Below are positions 53,101 through 64,000 of a stretch of 64,000 nt of DNA, piece by piece. How positions within the stretch are numbered: position 1 is the stretch's first letter; each line of letters opens with the position of its first letter. The DNA comes from Tubiluchus corallicola (Eukaryota > Animalia > Priapulida): positions 69,774 to 133,773 of the forward strand of contig JAQGDQ010000592.1 in NCBI GenBank assembly GCA_030141605.1, given 5' to 3'. The translations under genes and the position numbers were made by a program. The notes below the pieces were generated by a model. It did not search any database, was not told the DNA's origin, and saw nothing but the letters and a program-made list of their open reading frames with translations.

Positions 53101-54270
53101 ATTGTAGTACCATCTAGATTATGAATAATTAACCACATTTAACAGAAAATCTTAATTAATAATTATTTTGGTGGACGAATATTTTGTAGAACTAAGAATA
53201 TATCGTTTAACAGTGAAAATCAGGAGAAATATTCATAACGAACTAACTCAGAATAACATGTGAGTGTATAAAAAGATGCTTAATGATAAGATAGATATCA
53301 TCATGTGCTTGTTACGTGTGATACGTTTTTGCATGGATGATTGCACATGAAAAAATATGCTACAGTTTTTATATAATTTACTTTACATATGTCTCAGAAA
53401 CGTGCTTGATTGTCTTCCTGCATCTATTACCATTGTTTTTAGCAGCAATTCCGCAAGTTGAAACGCATGCGCATTGGTTGCTCCGAAAACGCCACTTCGT
53501 TGGAGTTTCAAGTTTTTCACAGCCGCAAATGCTGCAAACGTAATTTCTATGAGTTACGCAGTATGTAGGTGACACAACATTTAAAGATCATTTTAGCTTC
53601 ATGTAAATGAAGGTTTTCTTCCTGTAATTCATTATCAATGCTTACCTGCCAGAACAAACAAAACATCCCCACGATCTTGGGCTCTGTATAGCGCTGGTTT
53701 ATTAATCCGTTCTATTTTTGGACTGTCGACGAGCGAAAATAATTGGAAGGATTTTGAGATGGACAGGTCAAAATCTGCCGAAAGCAAGTTTGGATTCTTC
53801 TCAATCTCAAGTGTTTGAAGAGCAGAAAGTTTACTAAACGCTTTATAGTCTATAGTCTGTAACTTGCCGTTCTTGAATATTTTTACATGCCTTATCCTGT
53901 TAAATTTGTCATAAACAAATGCTTCTCTCAAATGTTCCACTTGTGTCGATTCTAGAGATAATTTAACAACATTAATCCCAGCTAGAAACTCATTTTCCGG
54001 TAACTCTCTATCAGCATATTCCTTTATATTCATAGAATACACTTTGAATTCGACCCTTGCAGACCAATCAGCTGCCTCTTGTTTTGTGTGCCATATGCAA
54101 AAGACAAAATCGCAACTAGCAAAAGTATCACCCAGAACTCCTGGATTTGGAGGTTTCCTAGGGAAAAAGCATGGTAAAATCTTTTCGGCAGACTCTTGAT
54201 TGCATTCCTGGAATGCAGCGGGTTGGAAAAAACAGCAAATCAGTAAAAATAACATCAGCAAAACCTCCAT
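41140..54270 (-). CDS. Secreted or GPI-anchored LRR + multiple Notch-type EGF-repeat protein
   Basis: Exons (-): 54270-53646 (signal peptide + LRRs), 52975-52805 ([23 protein letters not shown] plus Thr tract). Phase-1 EGF exons: 50749-50636, 49732-gap, gap-49290, 48661-48548, 48129-48019, 46955-46842, 46581-46471, 44977-44867, 44409-44293, 43809-43696, 42251-42138. Terminal exon 41273-41140 ([44 protein letters not shown]), AATAAA at 41006-41001. All visible splice sites are GT-AG. Confidence 0.85.
45039..45080 (-). pseudogene. Truncated EGF pseudo-exon
   Basis: [13 protein letters not shown] only. The acceptor reads TTTTCCGT where sister exons have TTTTCCAG, and the second half of the exon and its donor are deleted. 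Confidence 0.8.
49383..49646. other. Assembly gap (264 N) inside the EGF exon array
   Basis: Run of Ns cutting two EGF exons. Confidence 1.
51946..52460. repeat. 25-bp minisatellite, ~21 copies
   Basis: Unit GCCACTTATCCCAACATT(A/G)ACTTAA with a GTCGAC variant; lies in intron 2 of the LRR-EGF gene. Confidence 0.97.
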
Positions 54271-54580
54271 AATTTCATTGTCATTTTATTCGTAACAAGA
54301 ATAGGAAATAAAACAGCTTAAACTTGCTCTGATTTTTTTCCGAAATTTTTTCTTCTGATACCAATATCTACAAGCGATCGAACGTCCATCACAACAACAA
54401 TAGAACGTTCTCAATTGTAGTAAGAAATTCTATTTTGTTATCATAGCAACAACAATGGTTTTTCTAGACAACAATTGTCTAGAATCAAGAATAGAGGAAT
54501 TTATAGCCGAGTGAGTTGTTTTATCAACTATACGTAGTCGCCATAACATTTAAACATTTGACAACAAGGTGCAAATTTTA

Positions 54581-55416
54581 CGTTATGTGCTGTACCACTG
54601 CACAAGTAAAACGTTTCTGTTAAGCGTTATGTGCCGTACCACTGCACAAGTAAAACGTTTGTGTTAAACGTTATGTGCTGTACCACTGCACAAGTAAAAC
54701 GTTTCTGTTAAACGTTATGTGCCGTAGCACTGCACAAGTAAAACGTTTCTGTTAAACGTTATGTGCTGTACCACTGCACAAGTAAAACGTTTCTGTTAAA
54801 CGTTATGTGCCGTAGCACTGCACAAGTAAAACGTTTCTGTTAAACGTTATGTGCTGTACCACTACACAAGTAAAACGTTTCTGTTAAACGTTATGTGCCG
54901 TAGCACTGCACAAGTAAAACGTTTCTGTTAAACGTTATGTGCTGTACCACTGCACAAGTAAAACGTTTCTGTTAAACGTTATGTGCCGTAGCACTGCACA
55001 AGTAAAACGTTTCTGTTAAACGTTATGTGCTGTACCACTACACAAGTATAACGTTTCTGTTAACGTTATGTGCCGTACCACTGCACAAGTAAAACGTTTG
55101 TGTTAAACGTTATGTGCCGTACCACTGCGCAAGTAAAACGTTTCTGTTAAACGTTATGTGCCGTACCACTGCACAAGTAAAACGTTTCTGTTAAACGTTA
55201 TGTGCTGTACCACTACACAAGTAAAACGTTTCTGTTAAACGTTATGTGCCGTACCACTGCACAAGTAAAACGTTTGTGGGTTAAACGTTATGTGCCATAC
55301 CACTGCACAAGTAAAACGTTTGTGGCAAACGTTATGTGCCGTACCACTGCACAAGTAAAACGTTTCTGTTAAACGTTATGTGCTGTACCACTGCACAAGT
55401 AAAAGGTTTCCGTTAA
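54581..55416. repeat. 44-bp minisatellite, ~19 copies
   Basis: Unit CGTTATGTGC(T/C)GTA(C/G)CACTGCACAAGTAAAACGTTTCTGTTAAA starting at 54581, 54625, 54669 and so on. Confidence 0.97.
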
Positions 55417-55544
55417 AAAAAGACCTGGGTAAAAATCGTGAAATTTTTTGTTATTACTGTACCACAGTCACCAAAATGTCGTTGAGAAACTATTTTTGGT
55501 TGAACGTGACCTTGACCATCGACAATATTTCACCAGGCGCACAC

Positions 55545-56317
55545 ATGTAGATTTAGGTAATTCAAATGTGTCTTGGTAACTCAAATGTAGACTTTGGTAG
55601 TTCAAATGTGTTAACAATGGTTTTCAAGAAATCTTAAGCGTTTTTGGTAAGTCAAATGTAGGCACATGTTAAGTCAAATGTGACATTGGTATCTCAAATA
55701 TGGATAGGTGGTAAAGCTTAAGGAAGTAAAATTTAATTTCCTTTAATCTTAATTTAATAACTGCTCTTAAGTTAAAATAACAACGTTATAGGCCTACGAA
55801 TAGTTCACTAATATTCTGTAAACTTTACATACCATTGGAACTGTTAGGGAAAACAATACATTCTTAAAATAAACAATGTTTCTTGAGAGAAACGAATTCA
55901 TTAATACAGTGCTAATGCATTACTTAAAAAACTAATTAGTGATTCACTGTTCATTGGGAAGTGAGAACCGATTTATTCTTTTCTGCCGACATTTTTTGTA
56001 AAACGTTGACAAATAAAATGTAGAATTGGTGTATTTAAATAGTGCATACAAATAGTTGCAAATTAATCAAATATAATAAAAATTGATGCTGCCGATAGCA
56101 CCACTACCATAAAATACAATTTTAATTTGGTTTTACCTTTTTGTAATTTGCACTTAAATGAGTTAATTACTGATTTATTCAAAATACCGCTTCTACATTT
56201 GACTTACTCAAGTCACGTTTGATTTACCAAAACACATTCGAAATTTCTATGTCTACATTTGACTTACCTAAGTCACATTTGAACTTTCCTGTGCCTACAT
56301 TTGACGTGTAAAACCTA
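55545..56317. mobile_element. Non-autonomous TIR element with ACATTTGA subterminal repeats (left copy, one intact end)
   Basis: Repeated TCAAATGT(A/G)G at 55545-55700, inverted ACATTTGA repeats at 56195-56305, terminus CTACATTTGACGTGTAAAACC followed by TA. Confidence 0.8.
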
Positions 56318-56766
56318 CAGAACTTTTGCCATTTCCTGCTTTTCACTATTTCAGCTAATATTCAATAACAATAGTATAGAATTGCAAAATATTTTATCTA
56401 AGAGAGCCACTCTGTATTATACACACACCCAAGACTCACTCACGAACTGGAATGCCTTCTCAAATTGACCAAAACGGACTTATCATCATTGCGCATGAGA
56501 TCCTGATTATAAATTATATTCTTTTTATAAGAAAATTGAGCATACAACAATCAAGAGCTCCACTCAATATTTTCTCAAGCAACCAGAATCTTCCCATGGC
56601 ACTAATTGGCCTTACTAAGGGTTGACACAGAGCAACATAACCTTTTCTGATTATCTACATTTTGCCATTATACACATTGGCAATTTTAAAATATTTGAAT
56701 TTATTTATGTACGTTTGGCAAAAACGATATGGGTATGCATTATACTGGTAAAATTTGGACCTTTGA

Positions 56767-56809
<43 letters not shown>

Positions 56810-56826
56810 TCTGTTCATTTTTTCAG

Positions 56827-58308
56827 TTGCTGACAATTGCTTATCAAATCCTTGCAAGAATGGAGGTTCATGCATAAGTGGGTTAAACGCATTTCTTTGC
56901 CTTTGCCCACCAAGATATACTGGAGAATATTGTGAACAAGGTATCTGCATGCATTTATGATATTGTAAATTTTGTGACCGCTGATTCAGTCCTTTATTCA
57001 CACGCCGCTTTATCCAATACAAACAAGAGGTTATTTGTTTTTTAGACTCCATAGAATATTTGTCAAATCTTTGTCTTGAAGAGGTGCAAGACCTTTATTG
57101 CCTTTTTTCATGTTTTAAAACACTTGTTGTCTTAGCATTGCACAGGTCTGTCATTCGCAAATATTTTCCCTGAAAAGCACGAATTACTAAGCAATCTTTC
57201 TGCATTCGAATGACTATTGCCAGTTGATGGAGTGGTGTAAAATTTGGACCTTTGATATATATATATATATATATATTCAACTGTTAATTTTTTTCAGTTG
57301 CTGACAATTGCTTATCAAATCCTTGCAAGAATGGAGGTTCATGCATAAGTGGGTTAATCACGTTTTTTTGTGTTTGTCCGTCAAGATATACTGGAGAATA
57401 TTGTGAACAAGGTGAATTTATTTTGTATGTGAACAAGATGTATTTTATTAAATACTTGTGCTTAAGAAGTGGAAAACGCTTATTGTCTTCTTTCAAGTAT
57501 TATCTTAGCATTGGACAGGTTTTCTGTTTGCAAATGTTTTCTGTGAGAGAAAATGGCTTAAAATGTTTCTGGGCTGAAATGATGCCTGCAAATGCAAATA
57601 CAAATAATTGTAACTTAGGTAAAATGCCACTTAATTTTTTGTGACGTCACAATGAAAGTTCTCTTAAAAGTTCCAAAACGATGTCATAACTTTTTTTGAT
57701 ACCTTGGCAACTTGTGATACATTTTTTGAAAGTAACCATAGTTGCCCAACATTCTCTAGCAAATCAAGTTAGTAAACAGAGTAATTAATTATGTTCAATT
57801 TCTACATTGCTCTTTTTTCCAAGTATTTTAGTATTTAAAGAAGTAAAAATATGTAACATGTTAACAGTTTTCACAACTCTTTGACAAGTTCTTATTTTTT
57901 GCGAAAAACTGCTTGTGATGTTATCAGCCCCTAAATGCTAACTTGACACATAAGAGTATTTTTTAAATTATTTTAGCGAGATCCAAAAGTCACAAAAGTT
58001 TAATAACTTATTTATACAATGTGCATTAACATTTTCTTTTTTTATCATTCCTATCATAATTTAAATAAAATATAAGTAAAAAACCTTTTAACTTGGATAC
58101 TACATATAATAATCGTTTATAACCTCAAATGATATTTTTGTTGATATTCTAACGTATTCTTTTTTCAGAAAATGGATTTAGAGAAGCAAGTTTCGATGCC
58201 GCTGTATCTAACTCTGCAGCTGACAGAGCTCCAGTTCATGTCATAACAATGATCCATATCATTATGTTGTTCTCAACAATTCGTGCAAGTCTTTCAATAA
58301 TTCACTGA
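56827..58308 (+). CDS. Three intact 3' exons (EGF, EGF, putative GPI-signal terminal exon) of an LRR-EGF paralog, in inverted orientation
   Basis: 56827-56940 ([37 protein letters not shown]), 57298-57411, 58169-58308 ([46 protein letters not shown]), AATAAA at 58444. Introns are reverse-complement copies of ~43400-43695 and ~41275-42010. No own 5' exons on this strand nearby. Confidence 0.7.
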
Positions 58309-59938
58309 CCAAATGGACAGGCAGAGTATTTAATGATTTAAGATTTTGAAGCGTAGTTATATAAGCCATGTTTTTTTCCAGCCAAAACGTATCAAAGAAC
58401 AACATAATTCATAATACCGTATGTGTTGTAAAACATGATTTTTAATAAATGCTTGGTTTAAATTTATTCAAAATATAATTTGACAATTGTAGCTTTGAAA
58501 CAGCCAGTTTGACAACTGACATATTGCGTTCCCTTTTGGCAGCGAAATCCTAGACAGGTGCTGTACAATGGTGACCACAATATTTTAATACTTAGGAACT
58601 ACCTAGTTAATATCATTTAACACTTATTTATATCTCGTTTGTTGCATGACTGTCAACAAATTACATTGAGAAGCTGACAAAACAGAGAATACTGTGAGTA
58701 AATCATGTCTGACATAGCGGCAATAAGTGTAGACATTTTAGTAATGACTAACTGTTTCATAAGCAGAACTACATTGGCAAGTAGGATATATCAGCTACAC
58801 ATTTGATTTTTAGTTTTTCTTAAGTAGCAGTGTTGCCTCAACAAATAAAATGTTATTACGATCGCTAATTAAACAATTAATGTTAATTAATTAATTGCCC
58901 AACTACGGGAGCTTCGGCTGGGCCGGAATGGCTATGATGAATACCAGAGCGACCTCAGACCACGAAATTCACGTTGTGAAGTAAGTCTGTATCTCCCAAG
59001 TTTTCTAGCTGGGCTCCGCAATGAGCCGCTTCAATATGATTATGCTTTATGGTAGATTCGAGTGACAGATGGTATCTCTACGAGTATGCAAGGTTGTGAG
59101 TAATACTAGATTGCACAAATCAAAGTGAACATGCTATTGACAACGGTATACAGGTTTATTGATTAGATAAATTTATAATAAGATGGTTTAACAATAACAA
59201 CATTCAAATAAATTACCGAAACAATATAGGCCAACCGCCTCTTAAATTCTGTGGTTACATCTTAGTTTGCTTGTTACTTTAATTTCAATTATTAATCATT
59301 TGTCCGAAATGTTATCATACATACATTAAATTCAATATATAAGCTGGGTGAGTCATTTTCCCTGAATGGATTAATCTTCGTTCAGATGCCAATTATTCAT
59401 TAATTGATTTCAATTTTATTTTCCTAATGAATGACTTAACATTCTAAAATATATTCATAACATAATCATTAACTTATGCTGCACCATATTAAATTTGGAC
59501 GCTGTAATAATATTGCACGAAACCTCTGCTGCATACGGGAATTTAAGAATAGTCTGTTTCTAGTGTCCAATGATGCCGTATTTAAAGGAAAACACAGGAT
59601 GATTTTTCATAAACTGCATCATTTTGAAGTCCGATAAAAGTATTCATTTTAACACAATGAACACAGTAAAGGCGTTCTTGATAATTAAATGATAGATTAA
59701 AAACTTAATTAACGGCGAGCAAGCCTAGCTATCGATTATATCACAAACTAACATAATTTTGAGCAGCTAAAATATTCCATGTATATTTCAACATATTGAA
59801 GAGCACATTGTCTTGATTTACAGATTAAGATTGGGTCAGGTTTTGCTTTAAAGCAAAGTTTACAGAGCTGAAATATTGGTTACGTAGCTTTTGTTGTTGG
59901 ATTTGCACAATCTTTTCCAACTCATATAGGTCTTCTTA

Positions 59939-60033
59939 AGAGAGAGAGAGAGAGGGAGAAAGAGAGAGACAGAGAGAGAGAGGGAGAGGGAGAGGGAGAG
60001 AAAGAGCGAAGAGTGAGAGAGAGAGAAAGAGAA

Positions 60034-60104
<71 letters not shown>
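59939..60104. repeat. (GA)n microsatellite
   Basis: Directly visible. Confidence 0.98.
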
Positions 60105-60106
<2 letters not shown>

Positions 60107-60109
60107 AGA

Positions 60110-60640
60110 TTAAATACATCAATTCTACATTTTATTTGTCAACGTTTTACAAAAAATGTCGGCAGAAAAGAATAAATCGGTTCCCACTTCCCAATGAACA
60201 GTGAATCACTAATTAGTTTTTAAGTAATGCATTAGCACTGTATTAATGAATTCGTTTCTCTCAAGAAACATTGTTTATTTTAAGAATGTATTGTTTTCCC
60301 TAACAGTTCCAATGGTAAGAAAAGTTTACAGAATATTAGTGAACTATTAGTAGGCCTATAACGTTGTTATTTTAACTTAAGCGCAGTTATTAAATTGAGA
60401 TTAAAGGAAATTAAATTTTACTTCCTTAAGCTTTCCACCTATCCATATTTGAGATACCAATGTCACATTTGACTTGACATGTGTCTACATTTGACTTACC
60501 AAAAACGCTCAAGATTTCTTGAAAACCATTGTTAACACATTTGAACTACCAAAGTCTACATTTGAGTTACCAAGACACATTTGAGTTACCTAAATCTACA
60601 TTTGAGTTAACTCAGGTCTACATTTGACATGTAAAACCTA
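60110..60640. mobile_element. Second, oppositely oriented part of the same TIR element
   Basis: 60110-60601 is a near-identical reverse complement of 55545-56038; ends CTACATTTGACATGTAAAACC followed by TA. Confidence 0.85.
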
Positions 60641-62727
60641 TGGTACAGATCCCAATTTTTTCATCGCATGCAACTGTAATATCGCAGACTAAAAGGTGCA
60701 GAAACTAAAGAATTTAAAATTAAATAAGCATTTAATTTAGAATTCTCAGTTAGAATTTAAGTTAGACCTCTTAAGCGGGAGTAGATTGATTTTAAAACTG
60801 TATTTAATTAAACATTACAGTTGCCACAATATTACTTGACTAGTAAATGTCCAGGTGATTGCCAACTTAGCTGCGACGTTACTGTCGCCAACAATAATGT
60901 TGCTGTCGTAAGCACCGCAAGCATTAGACCCTTCATTTTAGAACCTGCTCAGAGAAATTCAATGTTACAGAGTAAAATAAGCCAATCTTTGTAAATGCAC
61001 CTTAGTTCACTGGTTCTTTGACCTCATTCTGTGCACAGGTATTATTCCAGTGGCCTTTGTTTTGTTTAGTATAAACGGTGGTGCTTTTACACTTGTCTCG
61101 TCTGCCTAGTGAATTATTCTGTTCTGTTACACTCTGTGAAGGGGAAAGAGGGGTATGTGAGGCTCAGTGGTAAACTTTTGTCAAGGAGTGTGTGATTTTT
61201 GTGTATTTTGGTTTCACACAAATAACAAGTCACTCAGTATTTCCGGTTTATTTTTTTGGTTATCGCTTAAACATAGAAAAATATAACAAAAAAAATTACT
61301 GTTGGCAGTAACGCTGCATAAAACGTGTAAATTTAAACTCCCGCGATAACCGTTAGACGCAGCCATTTTGACAACAGCTCATTTGAAACAAGTTTAGCTA
61401 ACATTGAGCAAAGGTTGAAAAAACAATCAGAGCACACATGTCACTAACTAGATGAACTTTTCATTACTGTATCTTATCAATAAGATTAAAAATGCATTTT
61501 TGGTTAGTGAGTGGCGCACCCTGAAGAGTGAGTCAGTAATATTTTACCAATTGGCCCAAACATTTTAAATTATTTGTCTAGTTACATAAGTCTTACCAGC
61601 AGGTAAGTGAAATGCTAACTAATATAGATTTGCACGGAAAATTTTTGGGACATAATTTAATATTGTCCTTTCTTCCCCTGAGTTACGTTTGCCTAGTGAC
61701 GTCATGTAATGGTGCGGTCAGAACAAGATTGCGGGAAATTTAAAATGAAGACAAACTAAAAATCCTTTCAAGACGAGTAGGATATACGCATAATATTGCT
61801 ATAAGGTAGTATAGTTTTTTAAGACGATTTTTCTGAAATCTGCTTCAGGTATCCATTTTCTTGTCCTTTAAATTGACCTTGTAACATTAACACTGTTTTT
61901 GATGCTGTAACCTTGATATTTGATTAGACATTAATGGAATAAAATCACTAATGTATCGATTATGACCTTCACCCAATGTTCACGTGCACAGGTAATTAGA
62001 TTAGGTCAATAAATTACATATACAGTATATACAATTATACGTGTGTATATTTGACCAATAGCTAATTAACACTGGTTCAATATGGCTAACCGAAGTCTAG
62101 TTTATCCAGAGTAGAAACAAGTCGTAGATTTATGCTCAACAAGCTTTTCAAAGACCAATAACTAATTTCTGTTTATTTCTCGTGTTTAAAGGAAAGGACA
62201 AGGTTTCTGAGAAGGTAGGCTTATTTCAATGTACGCGAAAAACATCAGAATGATTTACAAATAAAAATGCAATAGGCCCTTGGTGTAATTAGTAAAATTG
62301 AAGATGCTATCGTTTCTCACTTGGGCTCACCCATTTTCAAAGTCCATTTTGTCCACCAATGACGTCATTCTTCCACTAAACAAAAGCTAGAATACACCAT
62401 CATTTGTCGTCAAAAATTCTTACAAAAATTTAATTGCAAATTTTGCAATACTTTTGCATGAACACTAGGCAAGCAGCAGGAGTTTGAATTATTTTAATCA
62501 GTAAGCGCTTATGTGAAGCCACGAACTACACCAGTTACGTCATAATTTTCAAGTGAACGACGGCTACCAAAATTTCTATACAACGGTAGTGTAAAATTAA
62601 CTTATTATTTTATAAACATTTTGCAGTTTTTTGCTATATTTTTCTACGTTTGAGTGATAGAAGTAAACGTATAGAAGTCAGAATCCCCATTTTTTAAGAT
62701 TTAAAATTGAAGTCTCAATTTTTTTAT

Positions 62728-62772
62728 TTCTCACAGAGCTTTCGTCCTTCACGGACTTCATCAGATGAAATC
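62728..62772 (-). ncRNA. Minimal hammerhead ribozyme motif (probably a Penelope-like element end)
   Basis: Minus strand AUUUCAU-CUGAUGA-A-GUCC(GUGAA)GGAC-GAAA-GC-UC-UGUGAGAAAU: full core, 4-bp stem II, AGCU palindrome; stem I imperfect. Confidence 0.6.
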
Positions 62773-64000
62773 TACTTGTATAACCTTACTTGAAGGACGT
62801 ATTTCCAAGAGGTCTTTCAAGATCCTAGGCCACACAAGTACATTTCAGCTGGAAAGTTCTGTGAAAAATAATTTTTTTGAGACTTAATGGGCACTTTGAC
62901 TTCAAAGTTAAACAGATAAAAATTCAAATCTCAATTTTACCGTTGTGCTTACACATGAGCTGTCGAATGTGTGTAGTTCGTCACAAACTAACATATCTGA
63001 ACTGAGAGGCATCGCACCTGTTTTCTGTGCAATGCGTTTCAGAAACACAGGAGCTACTGCCCGTCTAACTAGCAAATGGCGAAATGCATGAGACAGTGAA
63101 GAACTAATGGCGCGAACTTGAAATTGTGTTTGTGTGGTAATAATTCTTTCATGTAAGTCGTTTTTGAAAATAATAGTATGTTTTCTTTCAGTGTTTCAAA
63201 GAGTAGATTGTTTTGAAAGATTGGGTTCAGTTTTGGTTTAGGTTACACTGAACCTGATTGGTAATTGCATGGGCAACCGACGGAAAGACTGCTTTTAAAT
63301 TTGTGCTAGTTCTGCGCCTCGTCTTAAAGATGCTTCTTGATGATGAACTAAGAATGCTGAGGGCAGGTCTAAACACGCTTGTTGTTATACGTGTTGCGTA
63401 AAAATGATAAATATTTGATGACTAATCCAGGATGCGTTCCTTTTACACTTACTTCAGGTTTTTAACGTTCTGTGAATTTCATAGATATTTTAAAAATTTT
63501 AAAAGAAATTTGAAGCCATTTTGCTTGTAGAAATAAAAATATATTTTAAAAATCTTTCAACAATAGATCACTATTGAAGACAAATTTAAAAATTATTTCT
63601 TTTTCTTTTGACAGAAAGTCTCAAATGACTATAAAAACTACACGTCTACAATAAATTTTTAGCACATTTAAAAACGAAAACAGGTCCCATGGAAGATATC
63701 TAGACATTAAAAAGGCACACAATAGCACGAAGTTATTACGAAATTATTTTAACTTGACCAATACTTCCAGTTCGTGGACTAATTCCAGACTCTTCCAGGG
63801 TGGGGGATCCTGGATTACTCCAAATAATGGAATTGTCACCTGAAAATATAGAGTAATTGTAATTGAGGTCTTAAACTATTTTTAAAAAAGTTTCTATTTA
63901 AAACCTTTATTAGTCTTGTGTAGTTTCATTTTGTAATACAAAGCTATGAAATTGGTGATTAAACTTAATAGAAGGGACATGATGAGATAGAGAGAGACAG

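Noticed and set aside
51946-55416. Regular short repeats resembling CRISPR arrays
   Set aside because: Head-to-tail units without unique spacers, eukaryotic context, no cas genes.
61591-61608. Plus-strand perfect donor CAG|GTAAGT suggesting a 12-nt microexon of the divergent gene
   Set aside because: Poor acceptor context, and such motifs arise by chance; cannot be supported without reads.

Overview
AT-rich, intron-containing animal (invertebrate-type) genomic DNA with one assembly gap (Ns 49383-49646); most ORFs in the supplied track are artefacts of spliced genes and repeats. Three spliced genes can be rebuilt by hand. (1) The 3' end of ANAPC1 (+, 116-~7995). (2) A complete 7-coding-exon dual oxidase maturation factor gene (DUOXA/moladietz-type; -, 8215-38769, 335 aa, one GC-AG intron). 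(3) A signal peptide-LRR-LRRCT-Thr stalk-(EGF)11+-putative GPI gene (-, 41140-54270) built by recent exon+intron tandem duplication. About 1.7 kb upstream of the DUOXA start, pointing the other way, is an isolated phase-1 signal-peptide exon (+, 40464-40530), the position expected for a head-to-head DUOX partner. If so, the LRR-EGF gene is nested in that partner's first intron. Three intact 3' exons of an LRR-EGF paralog (56827-58308) lie in a ~4 kb segment that appears inverted between ~490-bp inverted repeats and that splits one transposon insertion; they are now in sense and in phase with the orphan signal-peptide exon. Introns hold Gypsy, Penelope-like, PIF/Harbinger, LINE and foldback-type remnants, two minimal hammerhead-ribozyme motifs and several minisatellites. 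All calls come from reading the sequence and recalled family motifs; no database search was run.
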